A stretch of DNA of 64,000 nt from Pseudomonadota bacterium. GTDB taxonomy: Bacteria > Myxococcota > JACRCW01 > JAFGSX01. The notes under the pieces were generated by a model. It had not been told where the DNA came from. It worked only from the letters and a program-made list of their open reading frames with translations, and did no database searches. The position numbers and the translations under genes are program-made. Below, piece by piece: positions 43,801-52,691 of the stretch. The DNA lies in NCBI GenBank assembly GCA_043821645.1, contig JBDRCO010000089.1, positions 1 through 64,000 of the forward strand, written 5' to 3'. Position 1 is the first letter of the stretch, and every line of letters starts with the position of its first letter.

Positions 43801-44294
43801 GGCGTTGCGCTTTCGAGTTGCTCGAGCCCGACTTCGTTGCTTACGAGGCCATCAAGCTCGAACTCCCCATGAAGACCATGCGCAAGTCCCTGGAGGCCAA
43901 GCTGGAGAAGGCTCCTTTGCTGGCCACGCGCTACACAAAGCTGATCGACTACGGCAACGCGGAGTGGGGTGTGGCCGGTCTGGTGCGCGCCGCCCTGTGC
44001 TTCAAGTCGCTGGTCGATGCCCTGTTCCAGGCCCCGGATCCGCCGGGCCTGACCCCGGACCAGCTCGAGATCTACCGGGCCGAGCTGGAGAACGAGGCTT
44101 TCAAGTACGAGGACCAGGCCATTGCTGGCCTCGAGCTGGCGCTCAAGACGGCCTTCGACAAGGGCATCTACAGCGACTGGACCATGAAGGGCGAGGACGC
44201 ACTGAAGAAGTACAAGCCCAACCAGTTCCCCGACGTCAAGGAGATGCCGTTCTACGCCAGTGAGTCCTTCCGCAACGCCGCGGTGAGCAAGTAG
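40824..44294 (+). CDS. gltD: GltD/AgmU (NfsD)-like large TPR protein
   Basis: KAELIFRLAEMYWE, YPRRDEVLY, YKLAWC, many TPRs, YRAELE...AIAGLE; position in the cluster. Confidence 0.85.
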   Translation: MRRHRTGGLRSVLLVFALSTAAFFVVDQFTDVQVAYAKKKKKKKKKKKKAPKTEASETKAQACKDDGDCRTGQVCEKDLCIEESKATKAEGEPKKPDDTPLRTTGPAKLRIPTSDKNFDRSAKADAKRDEVITDIKKILPTMKGPQKAELIFRLAEMYWEKSKFIESVEWAEFEKDVQAWVDGGMKGKEPKPDSYQRQSVVYKKQALANYQTILEQYKEYPRRDEVLYIMAYNQYDAGQKREAVRNYWELIKQYPESQYVGDAYLAMGEHYFNSNQVLKARKAFLEALKTKKPKIYSFALYKLAWCDYNLQEFEAAIDKFKKVIDYAERQVGKSKEGERDNVQLKNEALNDVTLTFSHVDAVDTAYEYVRKKGGDKLARSLTEKLARIYNDQGKFDQEIMTYRLLINTYPDDAACPDFQSSIVAAFAKLGKRGEVRTEVRRLVELYRPGSPWWKKNESNKAALERARDTAESRMRELVTDYHQYCQKFKKRPDCTLSKDIYAEYLQVFPDTEYAYRMRFFYAEILWDLGLYKDAGDQYDKVVDKDPKGEYSRVAAFNSVLTWEKIVAGIEKDENKAIEGIDDHKTKKRDPSRSTKIKLEKNYKEAAKRGKTFEQQPIPENELKLAAACDRYVAIVPEKEAKKDKEILEELVAVKFKAGAIYQKYYHFKDAAQRFGELIDRWPAHNLARAGADLILDSFDAREDWTELNKWSRSFQKNKSLMADKKFADQIDKYVEGSSFKEIMVIYAKANVLLEQKKSAEAQPMFGDAASRFRAFQKEFPGSQFSPIALFNSTVVYDRAKELDRAIDSAELLLKQYDKELDQGDNKKNDLKPKTLLYLASFYERIADFERAAQYYEQYVDKYKTNDKATDALYNAGILYQGLGDTKRAIAVFGKYIKDFKDAKDVPQVYWKIANIYVEEEDWRRAAVLFGEFEQRFPKADPVLQFESRYRLAENLWRDNRGKDAMKVCEDLTMRYAKASADVKKVPVVQEAAGRCAFELLEPDFVAYEAIKLELPMKTMRKSLEAKLEKAPLLATRYTKLIDYGNAEWGVAGLVRAALCFKSLVDALFQAPDPPGLTPDQLEIYRAELENEAFKYEDQAIAGLELALKTAFDKGIYSDWTMKGEDALKKYKPNQFPDVKEMPFYASESFRNAAVSK

Positions 44295-44306
44295 GAGAGG
44301 CTGATC

Positions 44307-45836
44307 ATGACCACGCAGTACCGTCACCGCACGTGGATCGCCTCGACGCTGATGCTGGGTGTGGTCGCCCTGCTGGGTGGCTGTCCCAAGAGCGAAGAAG
44401 CGGTCAAGCCCAAGGTCGTGGAGCAGAAGCAGGTCAAGCCCCGGGACCTCAGCCCCGAGGAGCTGACCGCGGCCGCGCGCCAGGCCTATTCCAAGAGCGA
44501 TTTTCAAAAAGCCCTGGAGCAGTACGACAAGGCCCTGGCACAGAAGCCAGACCTGGCCGACGCCAACCTGGGGCGCGCGCAGTGCCTGCAGAAGCTCGGG
44601 CGCCTCGACGAGGCCGATGCTGCCTACGAGACCATCCTCAAGAACGATCCGGGGAACATGAGCGTGGTCGCCGCCCTGGGTGGCCTGTACCGCGACAAGG
44701 GCCAGAGCAAGAAGGCCATCAAGCTGTACCAGGATGCGCTCAAGGCCGACGAGTACAACCCGGACCTGCTCAACAACCTGGCGGTGCTGTATCGCGCCGA
44801 CAAGAAGTACAAGCAGGCCGAGGAGACCGTCACCAAGCTCCTGACCCGTCACCCCGACGATGTGGATGCGCTCAAGAATCTGTCGCTGGTCTACTTTGAC
44901 CAGAAGAAGTACGCCCTGGCCGAGACCCTGATTGCCAACGTGCTCAAGAAGTCTGGCGACGACCCGACGCTGTTCAACAACCGCGGCATGATTCTGGTCT
45001 ACAAGAAGAAGCTGCCCGAGGCCCTGGCCAACTTCAAGAAGGCGGCCGAGCTGGATCCCAAGTTCTTCGAAGCGCGCATGAACATCGGCGGCATCGCGCT
45101 CAAGTACCGGGACTACGCCACCTCGCTCAAGGCCTTCCAGGAGGCCTCGACCCTGGAGCCGGCACACGTGCAGGCCAACCTGGGCATGGGTTACTCCCTG
45201 TCCGGGTTGCAGAAGTCCAAGGAGGCCGTGGTTCAGCTCGAGAAGGTGCTCAGTCTCGACGCGAACAACGCCCCGGCCATGGCCGAGCTGGTGTTCGTGT
45301 ACCAGATGCAGCTCAACGAGCAGGACAAGGCCCTGCAGTGGGCCGAGAAGTACAAGGCGAGCCTGGGTGGCAAGCTTCCGGGCGACGACCCCATGAACGA
45401 GCGCCTCGAGGTGATCCAGCAAAACCTCAAGGCCTTGAAGATGCAAAAGGACATGGCCAAGAAGCTCCAGGAAGAGGACGCCAAGGCCAAGGCCGAGGCA
45501 GAGGCCAAGAAGAAGGCTGACGAGGAAGCGGCCAAGATCAAGGCCGCCGAGGACGCCGCCAAGAAGAAGGCTGATGAGGACGCGGCCAAGGCCAAGGCAG
45601 ACGAAGAGGCCGCCAAGAAGAAAGCCGATACGGACGCGGCCAAGGCCAAGGCCGATGAGGCTGCGGCCAAGAAACAGGCCGATGAGGACGCTGCCAAGGC
45701 CAAGGCGGATGAGGCTGTGGCCAAGAAAAAGGCCGACGAGGACGCCGCCAAGCCCAAGGCGGGCGAGGGGAAAACCGAAGCCCCCCCCGAGGCCAAGTCC
45801 GGGGGCCAGGAACCCGCAGAGCCTGCAGGTCCCTAA
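44307..45836 (+). CDS. gltE: GltE/AglT (NfsE)-like TPR lipoprotein with TolA-like tail
   Basis: Lipobox LLGGC; TPRs; MNIGGIALKYRDY; position in the cluster. Confidence 0.8.
   Translation: MTTQYRHRTWIASTLMLGVVALLGGCPKSEEAVKPKVVEQKQVKPRDLSPEELTAAARQAYSKSDFQKALEQYDKALAQKPDLADANLGRAQCLQKLGRLDEADAAYETILKNDPGNMSVVAALGGLYRDKGQSKKAIKLYQDALKADEYNPDLLNNLAVLYRADKKYKQAEETVTKLLTRHPDDVDALKNLSLVYFDQKKYALAETLIANVLKKSGDDPTLFNNRGMILVYKKKLPEALANFKKAAELDPKFFEARMNIGGIALKYRDYATSLKAFQEASTLEPAHVQANLGMGYSLSGLQKSKEAVVQLEKVLSLDANNAPAMAELVFVYQMQLNEQDKALQWAEKYKASLGGKLPGDDPMNERLEVIQQNLKALKMQKDMAKKLQEEDAKAKAEAEAKKKADEEAAKIKAAEDAAKKKADEDAAKAKADEEAAKKKADTDAAKAKADEAAAKKQADEDAAKAKADEAVAKKKADEDAAKPKAGEGKTEAPPEAKSGGQEPAEPAGP
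45478..45760 (+). repeat. Coding tandem repeat (54-bp / 18-aa period) AKKKADEDAAKAKADEEA
   Basis: About five degenerate copies visible in DNA and protein. Confidence 0.85.
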
Positions 45837-46036
45837 CTGATCAGAGTGCCGGGAACCGCCGAGGGCCCGGGGTTGTCAGGGGAGGTGGGAGCGTAGTAGC
45901 TTTGGGCGCTCCGCGCAGCTGGTCTCGTCGAGAGGTTGGGAGCGGAACGCCACAGCGGAGGAGGGGGAGGCAGCCCAGCACACGGTGCTGGGACGCCTGA
46001 ACGGACCCCGCGGGTGGTCAGAGCAGGAGGTCTGGG

Positions 46037-46300
46037 ATGCGCAGAACAGTCATCGCCCTCATCGTGGTCGCAAGCATGCTGCCGCTGGTGGCACTGGCGC
46101 AGGGTGAGGTGCGCGAGGCGGATCGCGTGAGCTACAAGAAGCGCACCGTGGTCGACTTCTCCGACGTCACCATCGAAGGTGAGCTGACCAAGCCCGAGGG
46201 CTCGTACCTTGTCAATCGCAAGAAGACGCGCTTTCGGAACCTGATCGAGGTGCGTGCGCACTTCCGGCCCGAGCTGAACCGCACGGTCAACGCGCTGTAG
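46037..46300 (+). CDS. gltF: GltF/CglF-like small secreted protein
   Basis: YKKRTVVDFSDVTIEGELTKPEGSY...LIEVRAHFRPEL; AGGAGG RBS. Confidence 0.9.
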   Translation: MRRTVIALIVVASMLPLVALAQGEVREADRVSYKKRTVVDFSDVTIEGELTKPEGSYLVNRKKTRFRNLIEVRAHFRPELNRTVNAL

Positions 46301-46355
46301 AGGCGCTTTCTGTATGGACCCGCACCACCCTGGCTGGTGACGGAGTGGATACACC

Positions 46356-48311
46356 ATGAGCAAGTCAAGCCAACTGGTCCCCATCAGCCTCACCGTGCAG
46401 CCGCCCTCGGGTTCTCCCGAGGTCCTGGAGTTTTCTCAGGAGAGCGTGATCATCGGCTCCGGTCCCTCGGCCAACGTGCGATTGCCCAGTGACGACGTGT
46501 CCAGCATCCACGCGATGATCAAGAACAAGGGCGAGGCCGGCGTTGCCGTGCTGGACCTGGGGAGTGAGGGCGGCACCGAGGTCAACGGCGTGGACGTTGC
46601 CGGCGAGCACAAGCTCGAGGACGGCGACACGTTGACCGTGGCGGGCTACAAGATCACCGTGTCCATCGGTGGCCATGTCCAGGCGGATCCGACCCAGCCG
46701 GACAGGCCCCAGCAGGCGCCCAAGCCCAAGGAGACCAAGAAGGCCAAGGCCGAGGCCAGGCCGGCCCCGGCGGCGATCGAGCCCACCCTGGCCGTGCGGA
46801 CCAAGGGCGCTGCCACCGGCAAGCCCGCGCGCGACGACAGGCCCCCACCGCGCAAGAGCGGTGGCGACGATGTGGCGCATCCCGGTCCCGGGCTGTTTGA
46901 CCCCTCGCCGCACATCGACCCCGAGATCTTCGCCGAGGATCTGAAGCCCGAGGAGCAGCCCAGTGAGGGCAAGAAGGTCCTCGAAGTGCTGATGCTGTGG
47001 GGCGGCTCCATGATGGACGTGGCCCACCTGGAGCAGGCGGGCGGTGTCACCATCGGTGACGGCAAGAAGAACACCTTCCGTGTCTCGCACGAGCAGCTCC
47101 CGAGCGAGCATTTCTCCCTTGTGCGCGCGGTCGATGGCGGTTTTGCCGTCGAGCTCATCGAGGCCTTCAACATCGAGGTCAAGCGCGAGGGCAAGATCTA
47201 CGATCTCGAGTCGCTGCGCGCAGGCGGCCAGCTCAAGAAGGCTGACACCACGTACAGCGCCCTGAGCTACCGTGTCGGGCTGCACGACCGGGTGGCGATC
47301 AAGATCGGCGCCGTGACTTTCGTTGTCCAGTACGTGGCCCCCGGCCGCGCGATGCTGGGCTCGCTGTGGCAGACGCTGGACTACTACTTCGGCAAGGTGC
47401 TGGCCGCGTCACTGATCCTGCACCTGGTGTTCTTCTTCGCCATGAAGATAACCCCCTGGGATCCGACGGCGCTGACCGAGGATCTTTTCAAGAACCCCAA
47501 TCGCTTCGCCAAGCTGATCCTCAAGGAGCCGGACCTGAAGAAGAAGGACGACCTGTCCGGCAAGAAGGGCGGCGCCAAGCACAAGGACAAGGAAGGCAAG
47601 TTCGGCAAGAAGGACAAGCCCAAGAAGGACGCCATGTCGTCCAAGAAGGGCGCGCCCACCGTCGACGCCAACAAGCGCGAGAAGGACCGCAAGATCGCAC
47701 TCAACGCCGGTGCTCTGGGCATCCTGCGCAACAAGGGCGCGGGCGCGGTCAGCAACGTGTTTGGTCCTGGTGGACTGGGCACGGGCATGAACAATGCCCT
47801 GGGCGGGTTGCGCGGCGCGGACCTGGGTGACGCCGGTGGCGCCGGTGGCCTGGGTACCCGCGGCACGGGTCCTGGCGGCGGCGGCAATGCGCTGGGTATC
47901 GGTGGTCTGGGTTCGGGCACGGGGCGTGGCACAGGCGGTCGAGGTGACATCGACCTCGGTGGCCGTGGCAAGGGATCCACCCGCATCATCCCGGGCAAGC
48001 ACGTGGTCGAGGGCGCGCTGTCCAAGGAAGAGATCGGACGCGTGATCCGGCGCTACCTCAACCAGATCAAGTACTGCTACGAAAAGGAACTGCCCAAGAA
48101 CCCGAACCTCTACGGCAAGGTGGTGGTGATGTTCACCATCGGCGGCACCGGGGCTGTCAACGATGCCAACGTGGTGCAGACCTCGCTCAATGACAACAAC
48201 GTCGAGCAGTGCGTGCTGCGCATCATCCACCGGCTGCGCTTCCCGCAACCCAAGGGTGGTGGCATCGTGGTGGTGACCTATCCCTTCATCTTCCAGCAGT
48301 CCGGCGGCTGA
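46356..48311 (+). CDS. gltG: GltG/PglI-like FHA + TM + Gly-rich + TonB-like C-terminal protein
   Basis: N-terminal FHA (DLGSEGGT), single TM, Gly-rich linker, IKYCYEKEL...FPQPKGGGIVVVTYPFIF. Confidence 0.9.
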   Translation: MSKSSQLVPISLTVQPPSGSPEVLEFSQESVIIGSGPSANVRLPSDDVSSIHAMIKNKGEAGVAVLDLGSEGGTEVNGVDVAGEHKLEDGDTLTVAGYKITVSIGGHVQADPTQPDRPQQAPKPKETKKAKAEARPAPAAIEPTLAVRTKGAATGKPARDDRPPPRKSGGDDVAHPGPGLFDPSPHIDPEIFAEDLKPEEQPSEGKKVLEVLMLWGGSMMDVAHLEQAGGVTIGDGKKNTFRVSHEQLPSEHFSLVRAVDGGFAVELIEAFNIEVKREGKIYDLESLRAGGQLKKADTTYSALSYRVGLHDRVAIKIGAVTFVVQYVAPGRAMLGSLWQTLDYYFGKVLAASLILHLVFFFAMKITPWDPTALTEDLFKNPNRFAKLILKEPDLKKKDDLSGKKGGAKHKDKEGKFGKKDKPKKDAMSSKKGAPTVDANKREKDRKIALNAGALGILRNKGAGAVSNVFGPGGLGTGMNNALGGLRGADLGDAGGAGGLGTRGTGPGGGGNALGIGGLGSGTGRGTGGRGDIDLGGRGKGSTRIIPGKHVVEGALSKEEIGRVIRRYLNQIKYCYEKELPKNPNLYGKVVVMFTIGGTGAVNDANVVQTSLNDNNVEQCVLRIIHRLRFPQPKGGGIVVVTYPFIFQQSGG

Positions 48312-48322
48312 CGACCCTTCGA

Positions 48323-48343
48323 AGGGGTGTTCGACACACCCCT
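48323..48343 (+). terminator. Stem-loop after gltG (no clear U-tract)
   Basis: AGGGGTGT-TCGAC-ACACCCCT. Confidence 0.45.
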
Positions 48344-48430
48344 CTTCCGCCGTGGGGACCCCGGCGGGATTCACCCTGGCAGCACACCTTTTGGTAAAAC
48401 TGAGAACTCGCAACCGTCGACGGTGACAGC

Positions 48431-49054
48431 ATGAAGAAGCAGCTCGTGATCCTGTCCCTCGCCCTCGCCCTGGCTCCACTGGCCCGGGCCCAGGTGTCCT
48501 CGCAGGTGGAGGGCTTCGAGTATTCGCGCGGCTTCTACACCGAGAGCGACCTCGGCTTCTTCCTGCGCTTCGGTGGCTTTGCCGACGAGAAGAGCGGAAC
48601 CGTGGTCACCGGCTCGCGCACCCGGGCCGTCATTGTCAGCAACCTGCAGCCCTACATCGGCTTCTCGGTGGGCTATGACGTGCTCGACTTCCTGAGCGTG
48701 CAGCTCAGCTACGGCACGGGCTATGTCGCCAATGCGGCTCCGAGACAGGGTCAGAGCGAGTCGCCCATGGACCACAGCATCACGCTGCTCAACCTGGCCA
48801 TCGTGGGCAACCTGCTGGTCATGGATCGCCTGGCCATCGAGGCCCGGGTGTTTGGCGGTGGCGCCATCTTCGCGCCGCCACCAGTCCCCGACGCCAGCAT
48901 GTTCGGCGGTAATGCCGGTGCGGGTCTTGGCATCAAGTACATGACCCTGCTGCCAGGGTTCATCATCGGCGCCGACGTGAACTTCCTGACGACCTTCCCC
49001 GAGATCGTGCCGGCCCTGACCTTCTCGCCGCTGATCATCAAGTACGTATTCTAG
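48431..49054 (+). CDS. gltH: GltH/CglE-like outer-membrane beta-barrel
   Basis: Signal peptide; RGFYTESDLG, SNLQPYIG..VGYD, terminal KYVF; follows gltG. Confidence 0.78.
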   Translation: MKKQLVILSLALALAPLARAQVSSQVEGFEYSRGFYTESDLGFFLRFGGFADEKSGTVVTGSRTRAVIVSNLQPYIGFSVGYDVLDFLSVQLSYGTGYVANAAPRQGQSESPMDHSITLLNLAIVGNLLVMDRLAIEARVFGGGAIFAPPPVPDASMFGGNAGAGLGIKYMTLLPGFIIGADVNFLTTFPEIVPALTFSPLIIKYVF

Positions 49055-49416
49055 GACCAGCGCCCGTCGAGGTGAGCGCTGCATCGATGCCGGCCACGGG
49101 CATGCGTGTCGAGCAGTCCGCTCCGCCCCCCCCGCTGCAGTGGCGGCGGTGCTCGGGGCTTATGACGCCGGGCCCGCCCTCAGTTATTCGAGACCTGCGA
49201 TCTGCACTTCGCATGGTGTGACCCGGGAGTCCGGATCGACACCCGGCGGGGGTGTGGTGTATCCAAGAAAAGCAATAGATACCGATGTGTTACATGAAGT
49301 TCGACCGCGGCACGATTACTGAAGTGGTGATACCTCAGAACTCGTAACAGCCGGAGGACGAGATGGCAGCTTACCTGGGTTCGAGACGGTCGTGGGGACT
49401 TGCGCAGGGCCTGGCG

Positions 49417-49950
49417 ATGCGAGGGCTCCTGGTGCTGGCGGCGGTGGGAGCGTTCAGCGTGGCCTGCGAATCCCTGCCGCAGCAGGACACCATCAGCGCC
49501 TGTGGCGGATTCGCGCAGACAGGCCAGGCGCTCACCGCCGAGGACGCACAATACTGCGAGGCCGAGATCCTGCACTGGCGCCACGACGCCAGCAGCAAGA
49601 CTCTGATCCTGACCGACTCCCGCGTGCCTCTGAATTGCTGTGGCGAGCACAGCATGACCGTGCACCAGGATGGCGAGGTCTACGTGGTCACCGAGCGTGA
49701 CGAGCCCGAACAGATCGGCCCGCTGCCGATGTCCACGGCGCGCTGCGATTGCATGTGCGTGTTCGACTTCAAGGTCGAGGTGCAGGGGGTGAGTGGCGGC
49801 GTCATCTCGGTCAGGCTCGAGCGCGAGGTCACCGACGCCGAGGGTGGGATCAGCAGCGTGTGGCAAGGCGAGATAGACCTGGCCCCGGGTCACGGTGGCG
49901 TCATCATCGACGAGACCGAGAACATGTGGTGTGAAGCCAGCGGCGGCTGA
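49417..49950 (+). CDS. Cys-rich hypothetical lipoprotein
   Basis: Lipobox SVAC; LNCCG and RCDCMC motifs. Alternative start at 49363. Confidence 0.7.
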   Translation: MRGLLVLAAVGAFSVACESLPQQDTISACGGFAQTGQALTAEDAQYCEAEILHWRHDASSKTLILTDSRVPLNCCGEHSMTVHQDGEVYVVTERDEPEQIGPLPMSTARCDCMCVFDFKVEVQGVSGGVISVRLEREVTDAEGGISSVWQGEIDLAPGHGGVIIDETENMWCEASGG

Positions 49951-50113
49951 ATTCGATCTTCTCCTCGACAGGGGCACTCCCTTGTGACGGCCTCCAGCGG
50001 GCACGACCCCGAATCGCGATGGTCCTCTTCGTGGGCGACACTGGCAGCGCCTGTTCCTGCGACTGCCAAGCCTGCCAGCCCTCTGCTATCATGCGCGACC
50101 ACCGGAGGTCGCC

Positions 50114-50941
50114 ATGAGCTGGCTCGACACACTCGAGGATCTGTACAAGAACCGCGATTTTTCGGCGATGACGGCCGACGAGCGCGAACATGCCGCGCGC
50201 GATCTGATCAACCTGTCGGGTCTGGCCTCCTGCACCCTCACCGCAGCACCCTTGCCCTTCTCGGAACTGATCCTGACCACGCCCGTGCACATCGCGATGG
50301 TGATCGGCGTGGGCCACGTCTACGGTCGCCACCTGAGCAAGACCGAGGCCTCTCGCATCTTCATCGAGCTGGCTGCGGCGGCGGGTGCCAGCCTGGCGGC
50401 GCGCAGCGTGTGGATCGCCTTGAGCAAGCTCATCGCGCCTGGCTTCGGGGTGTTCCTGGTGCTGCCCTATGTCTACGCCGTGACCTGGGGACTGGGGCGT
50501 CTGGCCATGCAGTACTTCGATGACCCCGAGACCTCACCCGAGCACTTGAGGCAGAAGTTTGGCGAGTTCGTCGACGAGGGCAAGAAGGGCTTTCGCATGG
50601 ACGCCTTCAAGGACTTCATGAAGCGCAAGGGCCAGGAGGTTCGCGACTTCACCGACAGCGATCGCGCCAGGCCTGCTGCGGCGTCGAGTGATGCGGTTGA
50701 GGCGAGCTGGGATGAAGGGCCGGTTGGGGCGACGACGAACAAGAGCGAGAAGGCGAAGAGGCCAACCAAGCCCCCGGCCACCAAGCGCACGCCAGAAAAG
50801 AAACAGGAGACGACCCGGCACCCGCCCCGGGCATCCGGAGCCAAGGCCCCGACGCCGAACACCAAGGTTAAGGCCAAGTCGGCGCCTGGACGCCAGGGTG
50901 CGTCGCGGGGTGCAGGTCGCACCGGTCGCCGCAGCAAGTAG
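50114..50941 (+). CDS. DUF697/YcjF-like protein with basic disordered tail
   Basis: PLPFSELI...HIAMVIGVGHVYG...KLIAPGFG...AVTWGLG; GGAGG RBS. Confidence 0.7.
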   Translation: MSWLDTLEDLYKNRDFSAMTADEREHAARDLINLSGLASCTLTAAPLPFSELILTTPVHIAMVIGVGHVYGRHLSKTEASRIFIELAAAAGASLAARSVWIALSKLIAPGFGVFLVLPYVYAVTWGLGRLAMQYFDDPETSPEHLRQKFGEFVDEGKKGFRMDAFKDFMKRKGQEVRDFTDSDRARPAAASSDAVEASWDEGPVGATTNKSEKAKRPTKPPATKRTPEKKQETTRHPPRASGAKAPTPNTKVKAKSAPGRQGASRGAGRTGRRSK

Positions 50942-50955
50942 AGAGCTTCTCCGCC

Positions 50956-52269
50956 GTGAAGCGAATCGCCGTCGTCAACCTGGGCTGCAAGGTCAATCGC
51001 TACGACGCCCTGGCCTTGCAGGCCAGGCTGGATCCAGCGCACTTCTGTCTGGTCGACGAGAGCCAGCACGCCGACCTGTACGTGGTCAACAGCTGCACCG
51101 TGACCCACGCTGCCGGGGCGCGGTCGCTCAAGGCCGTGCGTCAGATCGCGCGTCGCCACCCGGACAGACCCATCGTCTTCACGGGCTGCCATGCCACTTT
51201 GGCTCCTGACGAGGCCCAGGCCACTGGAGCCGTTGCACGGGTGGTGGACAACGAGGGCAAGGCGGGCTTGCCCGCGCTCATCGCCGAGCTGTTGCAGGAA
51301 TCCATGGCGGAGGTCCGTCCTCCTTTTCCTGTTCCGGATCTCGCACGACCCGTGGTCAAGGTGCAGGACGGCTGTGATCAGCGCTGCGCTTACTGCATCG
51401 TGCCACGGGTGCGCGGGCGATCGCGCTCCGTGTCCGTCGAGCAGGTCCTGCGCCAGGTGGAGCAACTCGTCGGACTGGGCTACCCCGAGGTGGTGTTGAC
51501 CGGCATTCACCTGGGCGACTACGGCAAGGGTCTCGACGGTGATCTGGATCTGGCCGGGCTGGTGCGACGTCTGCTCGACGCCACCGAGGTGCGGCGGATC
51601 CGTCTGAGCTCGGTGGACCCGCTGGAGCTGACGCCTGCGCTGGTCGAGCTGGTGACGACGCACCCGCGGCTCTGTGCCCACCTTCACCTACCCCTGCAGT
51701 CTGGCTCCGACACTGTGCTCAGGGCCATGCGCCGTCCCTATGACCGGGCGCGCGTCCGCGAGCTGTTGCACGCCATCCTCGCTGCAAGCCCGGCTCTGGC
51801 AGTCGGACTCGACGTCATCGTGGGCTTCCCGGGCGAGGGCGAGGTCGAGTTCGAAGAGACGCGGGCCTTGCTCGACGAGCTCGATCTGGCTTACCTGCAC
51901 GTGTTCCCCTTCAGCCGTCGCCCGGGCACCGCCGCAGCGGGCCTGAAGCACAGGGTCCCCGAGAGCATCACCAAGGACCGGGCCGCCCTGCTGCGTGAGC
52001 TGTCTGACGACAAGAGCCGGGCGTTCTACGCTCGACAGCAGGGGCGCAGCCATACGATGGTCGTCGAGTGTGCCGCAGCGGAGCCCGGATGGATGCGCGG
52101 CACCAGCGACAACTACCTGGACCTGGTGGTGGCCACGCAGGCCCCCGTGGGCAGCCTGCTCGAGGTCGAGCTGATCGACGCCGCTCGACCTGCCCGCGCC
52201 CAGCAGCGTCGCGAGCTTGCCCGACCTGCGAAACCGCTGCGCGCTGTGGACGAGGAGGAGCCTGCGTGA
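50956..52269 (+). CDS. mtaB: tRNA t6A37 methylthiotransferase (radical SAM)
   Basis: LGCKVNRYD, NSCTVT, TGC, QDGCDQRCAYC, LTGIHLG, HVFPFSRRPGT. Confidence 0.92.
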   Translation: MKRIAVVNLGCKVNRYDALALQARLDPAHFCLVDESQHADLYVVNSCTVTHAAGARSLKAVRQIARRHPDRPIVFTGCHATLAPDEAQATGAVARVVDNEGKAGLPALIAELLQESMAEVRPPFPVPDLARPVVKVQDGCDQRCAYCIVPRVRGRSRSVSVEQVLRQVEQLVGLGYPEVVLTGIHLGDYGKGLDGDLDLAGLVRRLLDATEVRRIRLSSVDPLELTPALVELVTTHPRLCAHLHLPLQSGSDTVLRAMRRPYDRARVRELLHAILAASPALAVGLDVIVGFPGEGEVEFEETRALLDELDLAYLHVFPFSRRPGTAAAGLKHRVPESITKDRAALLRELSDDKSRAFYARQQGRSHTMVVECAAAEPGWMRGTSDNYLDLVVATQAPVGSLLEVELIDAARPARAQQRRELARPAKPLRAVDEEEPA

Positions 52270-52691
52270 TCACGACCCAGTACCGCGTCATCTACGGCGA
52301 CACCGACCAGATGGGTGTCGTGTACTACGGCAATTACCTGCGCATGTTCGAGTTCGGCCGCGGCGCCCATCTGCGCGCGGCTGGTGTGCCCTACTCCGAG
52401 GTCGAGGCGTCGGGTGTCCTGCTGCCCGTGGCAGAGGCGCACGTGTACTACAAGCGACCCGCGCACTACGAGGACCTGCTCGACATCGACGTGGCCCTGG
52501 TCAACAAGGGACGTGCCAGCGCGGACTACGTGTACCGGATCCGACGCGGTGACGCGGTCATCGCCACCGGTCGCACGCGCCACGGATGCATCACCCGCGA
52601 TGGCAAGAAGGCGCGCTTCCCGGCCATCCTGAAGGACAGGCTGACCGTGGATGCCGAGGACGTTTTCGAGACTCCGATGGAGAACCGATGA
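52266..52691 (+). CDS. Acyl-CoA thioesterase, YbgC/FadM family
   Basis: RVIYGDTDQMGVVYYGNYLRMFEFGR; GAGGAG RBS; GTGA overlap. Confidence 0.9.
   Translation: MITTQYRVIYGDTDQMGVVYYGNYLRMFEFGRGAHLRAAGVPYSEVEASGVLLPVAEAHVYYKRPAHYEDLLDIDVALVNKGRASADYVYRIRRGDAVIATGRTRHGCITRDGKKARFPAILKDRLTVDAEDVFETPMENR

Noticed and set aside
42171..45446. 1091-aa minus-strand ORF (and similar shadows at 38438-40135, 35081-36247, 11302-12948)
   Set aside because: Mirror frames of strongly codon-biased genes with no recognisable motifs.
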